From the NCBI GenBank assembly GCA_951406725.2, contig OX597816.1, forward strand, positions 26,846,001-26,910,000: 64,000 bases of DNA. The letters run 5' to 3'. Shown piece after piece: positions 29,001 through 37,738 of this stretch; position 1 is the first letter of the stretch; the number at the start of each line of letters is the position of its first letter. A program made the translations under genes and the position numbers. The notes beneath the pieces are model-generated. The model was not told where the DNA came from. It saw only the letters and a program-made list of their open reading frames with translations, and searched no databases. This stretch comes from Octopus vulgaris (lineage: Eukaryota).

Positions 29001-31172
29001 TAACTGACATATATATGGAAACTACAAGTATTTATATTATTGAATCAAGTAATCTTTACTGCTTTTATAATACTTCATTCCCCAAATATAATGTAATGTA
29101 GTTCATGTTTAGACTTTTACAGCTTTAAATTCAAGAAGGAAATTGAGATCTTTTCGGTTTGAACAGCAGTTTTTTCTAGCGGTGTCATATGAAATTGTCA
29201 CCCATAATTATAACCCTAGTATCGATCTATTGCATTTCAATCTGTTTTAGGGTTAGGGTTAGGGGTGGGAGAAGGGTATCTTTGTTTCTTCACAAATGTA
29301 AATAAACCCAATCTGTTTCTTAAACAAGGGACATATTCATATGGCACAGAATGTTATTTACCTTCAATGGACGTCAGTGATTGGTTGAAATTGCAGAAAT
29401 TGAAGAAAAAAAACAACAAATATGTTACAAACTATAGAATTTTCTCAATAAAGCCAAGAGAAAAAGATGTTTTATAAACACATTCTACCAGTATACGAAG
29501 TTTAAAATTTTTTAGTTACCTAGAAATCATGTTAAAAACTGCCGTTCAAACCGAAAAGATCTGGAAATTGTGTTCTTGACAACAGAAATAAATAATTACC
29601 ATAAACAGTAGTAATCTCACCTACTTGTATATAACCTTTAAATATCTTATAATCTTTAATAAGCTGTTAAAACCACTGAAATCTTTGCCCTGATGTGATG
29701 TGTTGAAGAACACTAAAACTGGAAGATTCCATATATTTCCTGACTGTTGGCTATAGCTAAGAATCATAAATACGAGTATATGAAAGAAATAGTTCAAATG
29801 AGATTTAAACTTGTCACAGATTTTACTAAAATAGGCTATGGAAATATTTTTTCCGTTCCAGATTAATTTGAAAAAGAAAACCCAAAAAACTTCTGTTTAA
29901 AAAACATTCTGTATGATGCCAAGCTAGATCAGAGATGATATTAAATAACTTATAAAATTCTCATTTTCAGGTTGATAGTCTTTTCGGAATACTTACGAGA
30001 ACTAAATCTCTATGGTAATCACATTGGGAATCTTGGAAGTCAGATGTTGTTGGAATCCCTTCAAGCAAGACAAAAGGGTAGTTGTTTATTAAATACTGAA
30101 ATATTTTCAATTTATCACTCTCTTTTCCTTGAAATTATTTTTTAAACTATTTAAAAAATATCGTTTTTATAAATGAAGGTATGATTTTTTTTCATATTTT
30201 TAAAACAAAAGAGAAAGAAATGTAAATTTAAGAAAATAAATGTATAAAGATATTTTATGCCTTTCACTTTACTTAAAAAAAACCCTAATAAAATGAATTG
30301 AATTCTAGTAAGAAGATTCTTTTCCTTGCTATGGAAATGAAATGAACTTCTAAGATTTGTGTGTGTGTGTGTGTGTGTGTTTGTGTGTTAACAAAGCTAC
30401 CAGTAGTTCTGTGTGAAAGGAATATCCACATTTCTCCAAGCAGTCCACTTAAAAATGCTGATAATTCCCTAATCATTGGTAGCTTTGTTAATCCACAAAT
30501 AAAGAATATTTATCCATCAAATACAGTATTGAGCACTCATTCTTACTGTTTGATACAATCATATATGTATACATATATATGTGTGTGTGCATGTGTGTAT
30601 GTATGTACATATTAAAGTATGCAGTATCCTACCAATCACACAGGACATTACCAGCCAACTCTGATGAGTGCAGTTATTAGTTTACCTAACATCATGTGTG
30701 AAACCAATTGGTAAGATAGGCTGTTGTACTCTTGATATTTTGTATGGATTTTAAGATTATTCTGAAAATCAATTACTTTATCATCACTCTTCTTCCCTCC
30801 CTACCACACACAGAATAATGCTTTGCATTCATAAAATTTCAATCTAATGAAATATAATCTATTAGAATATAAAGACAAAATACGCAGCCAAAAGTTACCT
30901 AACCAACCAATACTTTATGTTTGTAGTGGTAGGTACTATAGTTAGGCTGATGGATCTAGCACAAGTCAATATAGAAATAGCATATATTAAAATAATTATG
31001 ATAATGACAAATTAAACATTTTCAAAAATTTTTTCTAGCAAAATTGCCTCCCCTAAAGATGCGCTCTTCATATAGAATACGCCTGCCAAATATATACATG
31101 CCTTTACTGAAACTGAGCACAGGAAATCCAAACTTAAGGAAAAGGAAAAAATTAAAATCCAAAAAGAAATAG
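1281..31172 (+). CDS. Multi-exon RNI-like leucine-rich-repeat protein with Lys-rich insert and C-terminus (about 344 aa visible, 5' end incomplete)
   Basis: Ten GT-AG exons join in one continuous frame: 1281-1332, 1426-1566, 2716-2807, 11592-11642, 14156-14296, 21319-21461, 25307-25345, 27879-28014, 29971-30077, 31039-31172. LRR motifs include LKTIYLIDNIL, LTEICLDYND, LTSLSLSYCNL, VSSLYVNGNNL and LRELNLYGNHIG. Confidence 0.85.
1426..1566 (+). CDS. LRR gene exon (IIIEQSLTQPRVLFEPLIAALRSVHYHYLNHLYIWNYPMSYENTCTL)
   Basis: tttag acceptor, gtaag donor, 141 bp open. Confidence 0.8.
2716..2807 (+). CDS. LRR gene exon (TFFMNKYYEGLKTIYLIDNILTSESLQRFIK)
   Basis: tgtag/gtaag, phase 0 to 2, LRR motif. 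Confidence 0.85.
2860..3327 (+). mobile_element. Tc1-like transposon 3' remnant (pseudogenised transposase and right TIR)
   Basis: FQGDNAPIH, WPPQSPDLNIIEH, AVITAKSGPT; ends CCCCTG|TA. Confidence 0.88.
3363..4278 (+). mobile_element. CR1-clade LINE 3' fragment (RT C-terminus and 3' UTR)
   Basis: RDLGIYM, DYCSQLWSP, YWERLKRL..SLEHRRERY, FKMKLD; in-frame stop at about 3744; flanked by (TA)n. Confidence 0.88.
4350..5854 (+). mobile_element. Decayed Penelope-like terminal region with a degenerate hammerhead motif (5552-5685), interrupted by SINE A
   Basis: Very AT-rich; gaac-CTGAAGA-tgtgttgg...ccaatatt-GAAAC-atgtg-aagttc. Confidence 0.45.
4865..5277 (-). mobile_element. tRNA-SINE family A, full length
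   Basis: Pol III A box TGGCTGTGTGG, B box GGTTCAGTCC, internal (CA)/(TA) tract, tail GACTGAAACAAGTAAAAGAG. Confidence 0.9.
5852..6465 (-). mobile_element. RTE LINE 3' UTR fragment with a ~62-bp internal tandem repeat
   Basis: Homologous to 8850-9459. Confidence 0.85.
6771..9459 (+). mobile_element. 5'-truncated RTE-clade LINE: frameshifted RT ORF, PHD-like Zn finger, minisatellite 3' UTR, (GAT)n tail
   Basis: KAPGPSG, QFGF, FVDLEKAFDRV, GVYQGSALSP, YADD, RYLG, RRLRWYGHV, RGRGRPRKTW. Confidence 0.95.
10375..10650 (-). mobile_element. RTE/BovB-like RT fragment between (TA)n tracts
   Basis: LRKIGCPEKFVNMIKALH...NGVKQGDLDAPTLF. Confidence 0.85.
10970..11352 (-). mobile_element. RTE-like LINE C-terminal fragment with (GAT)n tail, inserted in an RTE UTR remnant
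   Basis: LDGTYTHLLMRAQNLSWK...RRVQFAGHCCR...MMDREVWR. Confidence 0.8.
11592..11642 (+). CDS. LRR gene exon (YLPVCTSLTEICLDYND)
   Basis: tttttag/gtaag, phase 2-2, LRR motif. Confidence 0.85.
11842..12430 (-). repeat. Microsatellite-embedded repeat, probably Penelope-derived; related to 37540-37670
   Basis: Shared motif gactga(g/a)ga..gaa(a/g)gctc(t/c)gaatg..ccgtcc and shared terminus gttcttgtc..tttg(c/t)attttt. Confidence 0.5.
12486..12704. mobile_element. Mariner-type MITE
   Basis: TIRs tatgag..ctgaaaagttcctgg / ccaggaacttttcag..tcata with TA ends. Confidence 0.75.
13300..14045 (+). mobile_element. Degenerate RTE APE-endonuclease domain
   Basis: NVGTM, DVCCVQ.VRW, GVGILL, VAGDFN, LLEFCDANDL, IDYIL motifs with stops. 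Confidence 0.8.
14156..14296 (+). CDS. LRR gene exon (MSYTDCKYLSSCLSDNITLTSLSLSYCNLPKETGIYLGRILASTAVS)
   Basis: ttcag/gttag, phase 2-2, RNI-type LRR; overlaps ORF 14100..14438. Confidence 0.9.
14350..14745 (-). mobile_element. tRNA-SINE family A
   Basis: Near-identical to the other copies. Confidence 0.9.
15277..15508 (-). mobile_element. tRNA-SINE family D with Nin-like central domain
   Basis: GTTCAAAT B box, gaggtcgactttgcctttcatcctttcggggtcga core; second young copy 43385-43601; decayed copies near 1640, 16720, 25050, 45010 and 55120. Confidence 0.8.
16291..16510. mobile_element. piggyBac-type MITE
   Basis: TTAA|CCCTTTTGTTAC...GTAACGAAAGGG|TTAA. Confidence 0.85.
16826..17065 (-). mobile_element. 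SINE A 3' half (split copy; head at 21087-21270)
   Basis: Ends at its internal (CA)(TA) tract. Confidence 0.85.
17066..20015 (-). mobile_element. Penelope-like retroelement, 5'-truncated: GIY-YIG endonuclease, long AT-rich 3' region and hammerhead
   Basis: ORF 19507..19983 with VVYQC..YIGAT..KQR..H, LSAYIWELK, CSLC..E..CIH; hammerhead downstream on the same strand. Confidence 0.85.
17253..17362 (-). ncRNA. Type I hammerhead ribozyme in the 3' region of a Penelope-like element
   Basis: Minus strand reads ucu-CUGAAGA-ggc[~85-nt hairpin]gcu-GAAAC-agcu-GUC-aga; all core residues present, palindromic stem III. Confidence 0.75.
20016..21085. mobile_element. LTR-like fragment (one end ...GTCGTAACA)
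   Basis: GC-richer block ending in a TAACA LTR-type terminus, TATA-like tataag, no ORF. Confidence 0.5.
21087..21270 (-). mobile_element. SINE A tRNA-head half (split copy)
   Basis: Complements 16826-17065. Confidence 0.85.
21319..21461 (+). CDS. LRR gene exon (SLYVNGNNLQGDGIMELVRTCAKQAEYDFAEKMSLSKEVTVKPTTPK)
   Basis: tttcag/gtgag, phase 2 to 1. Confidence 0.88.
21497..21874 (-). mobile_element. tRNA-SINE family B
   Basis: Head GGAGGCGCAATGGCCCAGTGG..GGTTTCGATTCC; TSD tgtgtgtgcat. Confidence 0.9.
22690..23070 (-). mobile_element. tRNA-SINE family A
   Basis: Matches family consensus seen in other copies. Confidence 0.9.
23100..23450 (+). mobile_element. Decayed RTE ORF C-terminus
   Basis: ccaagaagacatgggacaaagtggtgaag = (P)KKTWDKVVK. 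Confidence 0.55.
23505..23886 (-). mobile_element. tRNA-SINE family B
   Basis: Near-identical to 21497-21874. Confidence 0.9.
24388..24787 (-). mobile_element. tRNA-SINE family A
   Basis: Matches family consensus. Confidence 0.9.
25307..25345 (+). CDS. LRR gene small Lys-rich exon (ASPTKKDKQKKKK)
   Basis: tttcag/gtatt, 39 bp, symmetric phase 1-1. Confidence 0.7.
25640..27047 (-). mobile_element. Decayed mariner element interrupted by an internally deleted SINE A (26575-26735)
   Basis: DECWVHHFETET, VFIDYFQKSHTINA, FFTNGI..RWRNCVDHKGDYIKK. Confidence 0.75.
27070..27467 (+). mobile_element. Non-autonomous Helitron (~400 bp)
   Basis: A|TC start, subterminal hairpin cccgagcaacgccggg, 3' end (c/a)TAG|T; twin at 56577. 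Confidence 0.8.
27879..28014 (+). CDS. LRR gene exon (AKKKKPTPLPKAGPWVVKLHAADNGFQLQNPGGGANVIDCMQHIRK)
   Basis: pyrimidine tract plus aag acceptor, gtaag donor, phase 1 to 2. Confidence 0.85.
28615..28932 (+). mobile_element. RTE 3' tail copy
   Basis: Matches 9200-9459; (GAT)n tail. Confidence 0.85.
29146..29562. mobile_element. MITE with 8-bp TSD and internal TTAGGG repeats
   Basis: TIR agatcttttcggtttgaac/gttcaaaccgaaaagatct, TSD ggaaattg. Confidence 0.85.
29971..30077 (+). CDS. LRR gene exon (LIVFSEYLRELNLYGNHIGNLGSQMLLESLQARQK)
   Basis: ttttcag/gtagt, canonical RNI LRR. Confidence 0.9.
30652..30723 (+). ncRNA. Type I hammerhead ribozyme, intronic, sense to the LRR gene
   Basis: cagccaacu-CUGAUGA-gugca...ugugu-GAAAC-caauug-GUA-agauaggcug; stem I cagcc/ggcug, palindromic stem III accaauuggu. 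Confidence 0.7.
31039..31172 (+). CDS. LRR gene last coding exon (AKLPPLKMRSSYRIRLPNIYMPLLKLSTGNPNLRKRKKLKSKKK*)
   Basis: ttttctag acceptor, phase 1, TAG at 31170-31172. Confidence 0.82.
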
Positions 31173-31724
31173 GTAATGTGATTTTTCAAAATTGATCTTT
31201 CATTATTTTCATATTCTTTTAGGGTCATTTTTGCACATGCATAACCTTTATTTCAGAGTTTGCAGTCCAATAACTTTTGCTGATTTATCCATATATAATG
31301 CTACCTTTAGAGAATTCATGAAGGTTAACGATTGTTTAGATTGGAGTGGAGGGTAATTTTTTCTATATCCACTTCATCATTGTCAAACCAATACAGTTGA
31401 CATGTACCACTAGCCTCCTCTGCTGTTAATCTCACAAAAAATTTATTTATCATCATCATCATCGTTTAACATCTGCCTTTATATACATATTTGACAGTTT
31501 GACTTTACTGTGATTCATGTTTGTTGGAATTTTTAATCAAAACATATTTAGTAAAGTCTTTGCTTGGATAGAATATGGCTTCCTCTATAAATCTCAAACT
31601 TTCTGCCTATTTTGTCATGTTATAAAGATTGAACTCAGAATATATTGCTGCTAAAGCATTCCTAAATAATGTTCTTTTCATCAGAGCTGAAACAGCTTTC
31701 TGTAATCTAAACTTTTAGGCTTTC

Positions 31725-32072
31725 AGCACCGCCTCGACTGGCTTCTGTGCTGGTAGCACATAAAAAGCACCATCCGAACGTGGCCGATGCCAGCGCCGCC
31801 TTGGCTGGCTTCCGTGCCGGTGGCACGTTAAAAGCACCAACCGATCATAGCCGATGCCAGACTCCCATGGCACCTGTGCCGGTGGCACGTAAAAAGCACC
31901 CACTACACTCGCGGAGTGGTTGGCGTTAGGAAGGGCATCAAGCTGTAGAAACACTGCCAGATCAGACTGGAGCCTGGTGCAGCCTTCTGGCTTCCCAAAC
32001 CCTGGTCGAACCATTCAACCCGTGCTAGCGCGGAAAACGGACGTTAAACGATGATGATGATGATGATGATGA
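31725..32072 (+). mobile_element. RTE 3' tail copy
   Basis: Matches the RTE 3' UTR. Confidence 0.85.
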
Positions 32073-32720
32073 TTAGGAAAAGGAAATTTTAGCATAAAGA
32101 AAAAGTGAGACAGCTTATTGAGGACACAGACAAAATTAAAAGAGCTAAATTAACAAATCTTATGAAACAGTGTACAATTTGCATGGATCATATAATAGTT
32201 ACTGTCGTAGAATTTATTTTTGTTAAAGTCAAAATTTTTCTTTCCTTCAAATTTCATATATATATCAAAGCCGCTAATTTGGCCAGCCATGTAAGGGGCT
32301 TGAAGACCAACTCCACGCCACATAGAATTAAGTGGAGAATCATAGAAAATTTCATACCATATATTAATGAATCTAAAAAAATGCAAGTTATGCATAGATG
32401 AAAAGTCACACATACTTTTTAGATCTAAGAATTCCACCACACTGCTGAATTCCAGCTCAGAAATTGTCAGCAGATGTGAACATATGGACATGTTTCTTTT
32501 GGTGAGCTGGAGATCACCACCCTCTCCAGATTGAGGAGACTTTAGATCCCTTCCATTAATTCTACATCAATTAGCTTTATGGCTTTACAGTCTAAAGGAA
32601 CATAACTCTAAGTCTTTTTTTTTCTCCTTTCTTTCAGCCTTCCACTTTATGCATCCACCTTCCTCTCATTTTTTCTCATGATTTGTCTTATTCTATTGTC
32701 CTGATTGGTAACTGGTATAG

Positions 32721-33334
32721 TAGGGTGGAGTGAAAATTAAAAAAATTGTGGAAATTGAAAATGCCTGAGAGCTAAAATGTTTCTATATTTGATTACTAGA
32801 AAAATGCTAAATTTTCGCTGAGATCAATCAAGGGCATTTACTTCCTCAAGCCTCCTAAACTCTGAAAATGGGGGATTTTTGTAAATTTTTTACAATAACA
32901 GAGTTTGTGGGGTTTGAGGGAGTAAATGCCCTTGACTGATCTAAGCAAATTTCCACAATTTTTTATTTTCACTCCACCCTAACACACATGTATGTGTGAG
33001 CAGGTATATAGATTGTGTAATCTAGGGTGAAGTGAAAATAAAAAATTGTTGAAACTGAAAATGCCTGTAGCCTAAAATCTTGCCATATATTATGACTAGG
33101 AAAATGCTAAATTTTTGCTTAGATCAAGAGCATTTACTTCCTCAAACCCTGCAAACACCGCTAGTGTAAAAAATTTACTAAAATCTCCCATTTTCTGAGT
33201 TTAGGGGGCTTGTGGGAGGAAATCTCCTTGATTGATCTCAGTTAAAATTTAGCATTTTTCTAGTAATCAAATAGCAATATTTTAGCCCTCAGGTATTTTC
33301 AATTTCCACAATTTTTTATTTTCATTCCACCCTA
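32721..33334. mobile_element. Two adjacent, oppositely oriented foldback MITEs (32721-32982, 33022-33334)
   Basis: TIR tagggtggagtgaaaa..aaattgtggaaatt / aatttccacaattttttattttcactccacccta. Confidence 0.8.
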
Positions 33335-34498
33335 CTTTGTAGAACATATACTCAGAGCATGAGGATTGCTTGGAGACACTAGGCATGTTATTAAAACCTG
33401 CCTAGAAAACATCTCCAAAGTATGAAACTATTAGTAGCTCGTAATTATATGCTGTGTACATTAAACAATACTCATCTCTCATTAGATGGAGTACTTTTTT
33501 TGTTAATATTAACTTAATGGAAAAGTAAACTATATATTGATACATATATATTTTTTTGTTTTTTTTTAGAAAAATCTGGATGACCACAGAGGAGCAAACT
33601 TCCATAATATAATGCGCACAGACATACAAACACACACACACACACTTGTACCCACATGTGCACATTCACACACACACACATAGAGTATGGAGATATGTAA
33701 ATTAAAGTACATTGTATGATTGTTATTTCTAGTCTTATTTGTAAGTAAATATTCATTGCCTTTGTAGAATAGCACTCGGCACGCTAAACCTTAAATTTCG
33801 TAAATATAAGTTTATTTCATTAATTAGTTTAAAATGTGTAGGAATCATTGAGCCGAAATACTCTTTGCTGACGAACTTTCATGAAAATCTTTTTTTTTTT
33901 TTTTTTTTTTTTGATATTCTAACTATTTGTTTTCATTCACTGAAATAATGTCATCATGGAAATAAATAGAAATTTTTAGATATGCCTAAGTAATGATCTG
34001 CAAATTTCAGTTGCAGTGGTACTTTTAACTACTGATGAATCCACTTCACTAGAAATCTGATAATAATTGATCATCTGCTTTATATATTTGATGATCTTGA
34101 AAGTCTTCCATTTTGATTTCTGTTTTATTCTTAAAATATTTTGAAACTTACCTCATGACTGTAATTAGTTTTGGTGTTTTTAGATGTCTAAAATGGCTCA
34201 ACACAGTCTCAAATGAAGTCACATGCCAGACAAGTACAACTTCAAAAGTATTATTTATTTTTGCGAAACCTTAAAATAAGTATAAACTTAATAAATAACC
34301 CTATTATGCAATTCCAAGATTTCATATATGAAATGTAGGAATTTGTATATGATAATTTTATTTATTTTTAATATCTTTGTTACAGTTGAAAGAAAAAAAG
34401 AAAAAAGATCAATGTCCAGTAAATTAATTTTTAATGAAACGAATCTAACTTGTAAAAACATGTTTAAATAAAAGTACTTCAAACTTTATAGAAACATT

Positions 34499-34624
34499 TT
34501 ACCCAAGCTCTCCAAACCTTTGGGTAAAGTCTTTAAACTGTTTGAGATCATTTTCACTAACAGTTTTAGTATGCGTCTGCGTGGACTTGATGAAATCTTC
34601 AAGTGTAACTTGATGTGGAATAAC
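34499..34624 (-). CDS. VPS4: VPS4-like last exon ([41 protein letters not shown])
   Basis: ttttag acceptor; resembles the Vps4 C-terminal helix (FTEDFGQEG). Confidence 0.9.
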   Translation of the reverse strand, partial: VIPHQVTLEDFIKSTQTHTKTVSENDLKQFKDFTQRFGELG

Positions 34625-36122
34625 CTAAAACAGAGTAGTAAATCTATATTAGTAGTAATAATAATAATAATAATAATTGACTTACTGATCTATTTTTCAA
34701 ATTTCACATACTGATTAGCTAAAACTAGTTAGTAACAATAAACTAATTTAAATTAACTTATTTATGATTTAATATCTAATATTCAAAATTTTTGTTTTCC
34801 ACTAAACTCATACTTAAATTTTTAGATATAAATTTTCATTGAAATTAGTAAATATGCAGATAATTATTCATTAGATTTTGAGACATTCTGAAATTTGATA
34901 CTGAAAGTTGAAATTAATATATTTAATGTATTCAATAAAAACAACATTGTTGAATTATTTGTTTTTTTATATTTGTACCAAATTTAAGAGTAAGTACTGG
35001 GGGTCAACTAAACCTTTCAAGGCAGAGTCCTAGAATAGGCTACAATCTAATGACAGAAACAAATAAAAGAATATGTATACAATTGTGTGTATGTGTTTAC
35101 AGTGAAGCTCATATTCAGCAGCACTACTTTCATTATGGTAAATCTGGCTCTAGAAAAAAGTTCTTTGATGCCTTTGGTGCACTAATCACATGTTTATTTT
35201 ACTTAAATGGTAAATCCACCCCTGGAACTGGATTACTGACAACCTAACAATTATTTGGTATGAAACTAAAGAGAAATTAAAGAAACAAAATGTGGAAATG
35301 AAACATTAAGAAAAACTTACACTTGCTGCAGGTAAATCTTTCAGATCAGTGCGAATAGCTTGAGGATGGTAAGATTCACAGGGAAGGTATTTTCCATCTG
35401 CATTAGGTAAGAAAGTATATATGTTTTTATATAACATTAAAAAATTGAAAACAGTACAAAATATGAAGATAATTTAAATCAGTTTTGTGAGAAATTATTC
35501 CATCTTTCACTTTTAGAACTGTTCAATTTACCTATGGATTATAATTAAAGAGATAAAAGTTCTACCAACCTTCTAAGTAACAAACCAAACAAATATCTGA
35601 ATTTCAAGAGCTTAATTTTGGTTTTATGAAAGAGAAATAAATTGCCTTTATTTTCTTAGAGGCAACCATCCTAGAAAATCTAGAATTAATTACCGACAAG
35701 ATCTCTTCCATTTAAGTCACGCAATTGGTATATATAAAACTAAAAATGTGTATCTGTGTGTGTGTGTGTGTGTGTGCATATCTGTATATGTGCATCACCA
35801 AAACTCAAGAACTACCCAATCAATTTCATTCAAACATTTGCTGTTTTTGCAATCCAGCTGTCCGTTTACATGGAATTTCGTCTATATTTAAACCATGACC
35901 ATGAAGTAACTTTCTATATTAGGGAACTGTTATTATGTATGTATATCACAAAAGACATAAATAAGTCAAAACAAGTTGTTAACCTTTTGTTTTTTTTTAA
36001 TAATTGTTTGTTATATAATATTATATTATATTCATAGTATATCATGTAATATTATAATATAAATAAATTATTGGATTGTCAATAGTATCTCTCTATTTAA
36101 TTTATCTTTATATATATATGTT

Positions 36123-36165
<43 letters not shown>

Positions 36166-36299
36166 CATTATATGTAAACAAACAAGTTTGTTTTTGAAGC
36201 GTTGAAATGTATATGACATCTAACATTTCTGGATGACTTTATAAGTTCTAAAATTGTAGAAGAATTTGCCGGTCGGCAGTTTAGAGTTATTATTACTTC

Positions 36300-36343
<44 letters not shown>

Positions 36344-36351
36344 TATATTTA

Positions 36352-36399
<48 letters not shown>

Positions 36400-37685
36400 T
36401 ATACATATATATATTTATGTGTATGTATATATATATATATCATCATCATCATCGTTTAACGTCCGTTTTCCGCGCTAGCACGGGTTGGACGGTTTCGACC
36501 GGGGTCTGGGGAGCTAGGGACTGCCCCAGGCTCCAGTCTAGTCTGGCAGTGTTTCTACAGCTGGATGCCCTTCCTAACGCCAACCACTCCGCGAGTGTAG
36601 TGGGTGTTTTTTACGTGCCACCTGCACAGGTGCCAGAGGGTCTGGCATCGGCCACGTTCGGATGGTGCTTTTTATGGGGGGGGGGCAGAAATATAGGGGA
36701 GCACCAGTGGGGAGGGGTGGTTCAGAGAAATGATGACAGGTTCTAGGCAAGTAGAACGTAGGATATCAAGAGAGGGGTAATGCATGGTGAAATAGCGTAT
36801 TGAAGAGGGGGTTCGAAGAGTAGACACCTATAATGGTGGTGGGAGAAGCGACATCCGGTATAGATGGAGCAAAAATATAGAGATATCCGGTATTGGTGGT
36901 GGGGGTGGGCAAGGGCGGGTGCACCGGGAATATGACGGGCTGGCTTAAAAATGCTCTTAGCAAAGGAAGAGGGGGGATGGCAGACAGCGTAAAGCGTAAA
37001 AGAGGGAGACAGAGAGAGAAAGAAGGGAAATAGCGGAACCCCGCGGAAATGGGCCGCCATTGAAAAAACCCCTGTATGGAGAAATAATATGCAATACGAG
37101 GCGAAGCTGAAAATAGTAATAATAATAATATTATTAATAAACAAATTTTCGACCGAGGATCAAAGGGATAATACTAATAGTAATAATAATAAATAAATAA
37201 TAACAGCTCAACCACAACATTAGATTAGAAAGACTCTCTTATCTTGGGAACATTTCGTTCTTCGGCCTGACACGGGAATATGACGGGCTGGCTTAAAAAT
37301 GCTCTTAGCAAAGGAAGAGGGGGGATGGCAGACAGCATAAAGCGTAAAAGAGGGAGACAGAGAGAGAAAGAAGGAAATAGCGGAACCCCGCGGAAATGGG
37401 CCGCCATTGAAAAAACCCCTGTATGGAGAAATAATATGCAATACGAGGCGAAGCTGAAAATAGTAATGTATATATATTATGTATGTATATATATATACAA
37501 GTGTATATATATGTATGTATATATATATACATATATGTCAAGATTAATCGGCTGAAATTGTGAGGATGATCCGGTTCTTGACTGAAGATTGAAGGCTCCG
37601 AATGTCCCGTCCGGGTTTTTTGTATCGTTTCCTAAATGTTTTGCGTTCTTGTCCCAGTTTGTATTTTTATACATATATACATGTA

Positions 37686-37738
<53 letters not shown>

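Noticed and set aside
29246-29268. Interstitial telomere or chromosome fusion scar
   Set aside because: Only 2-3 hexamers, inside a TIR- and TSD-bounded MITE present twice
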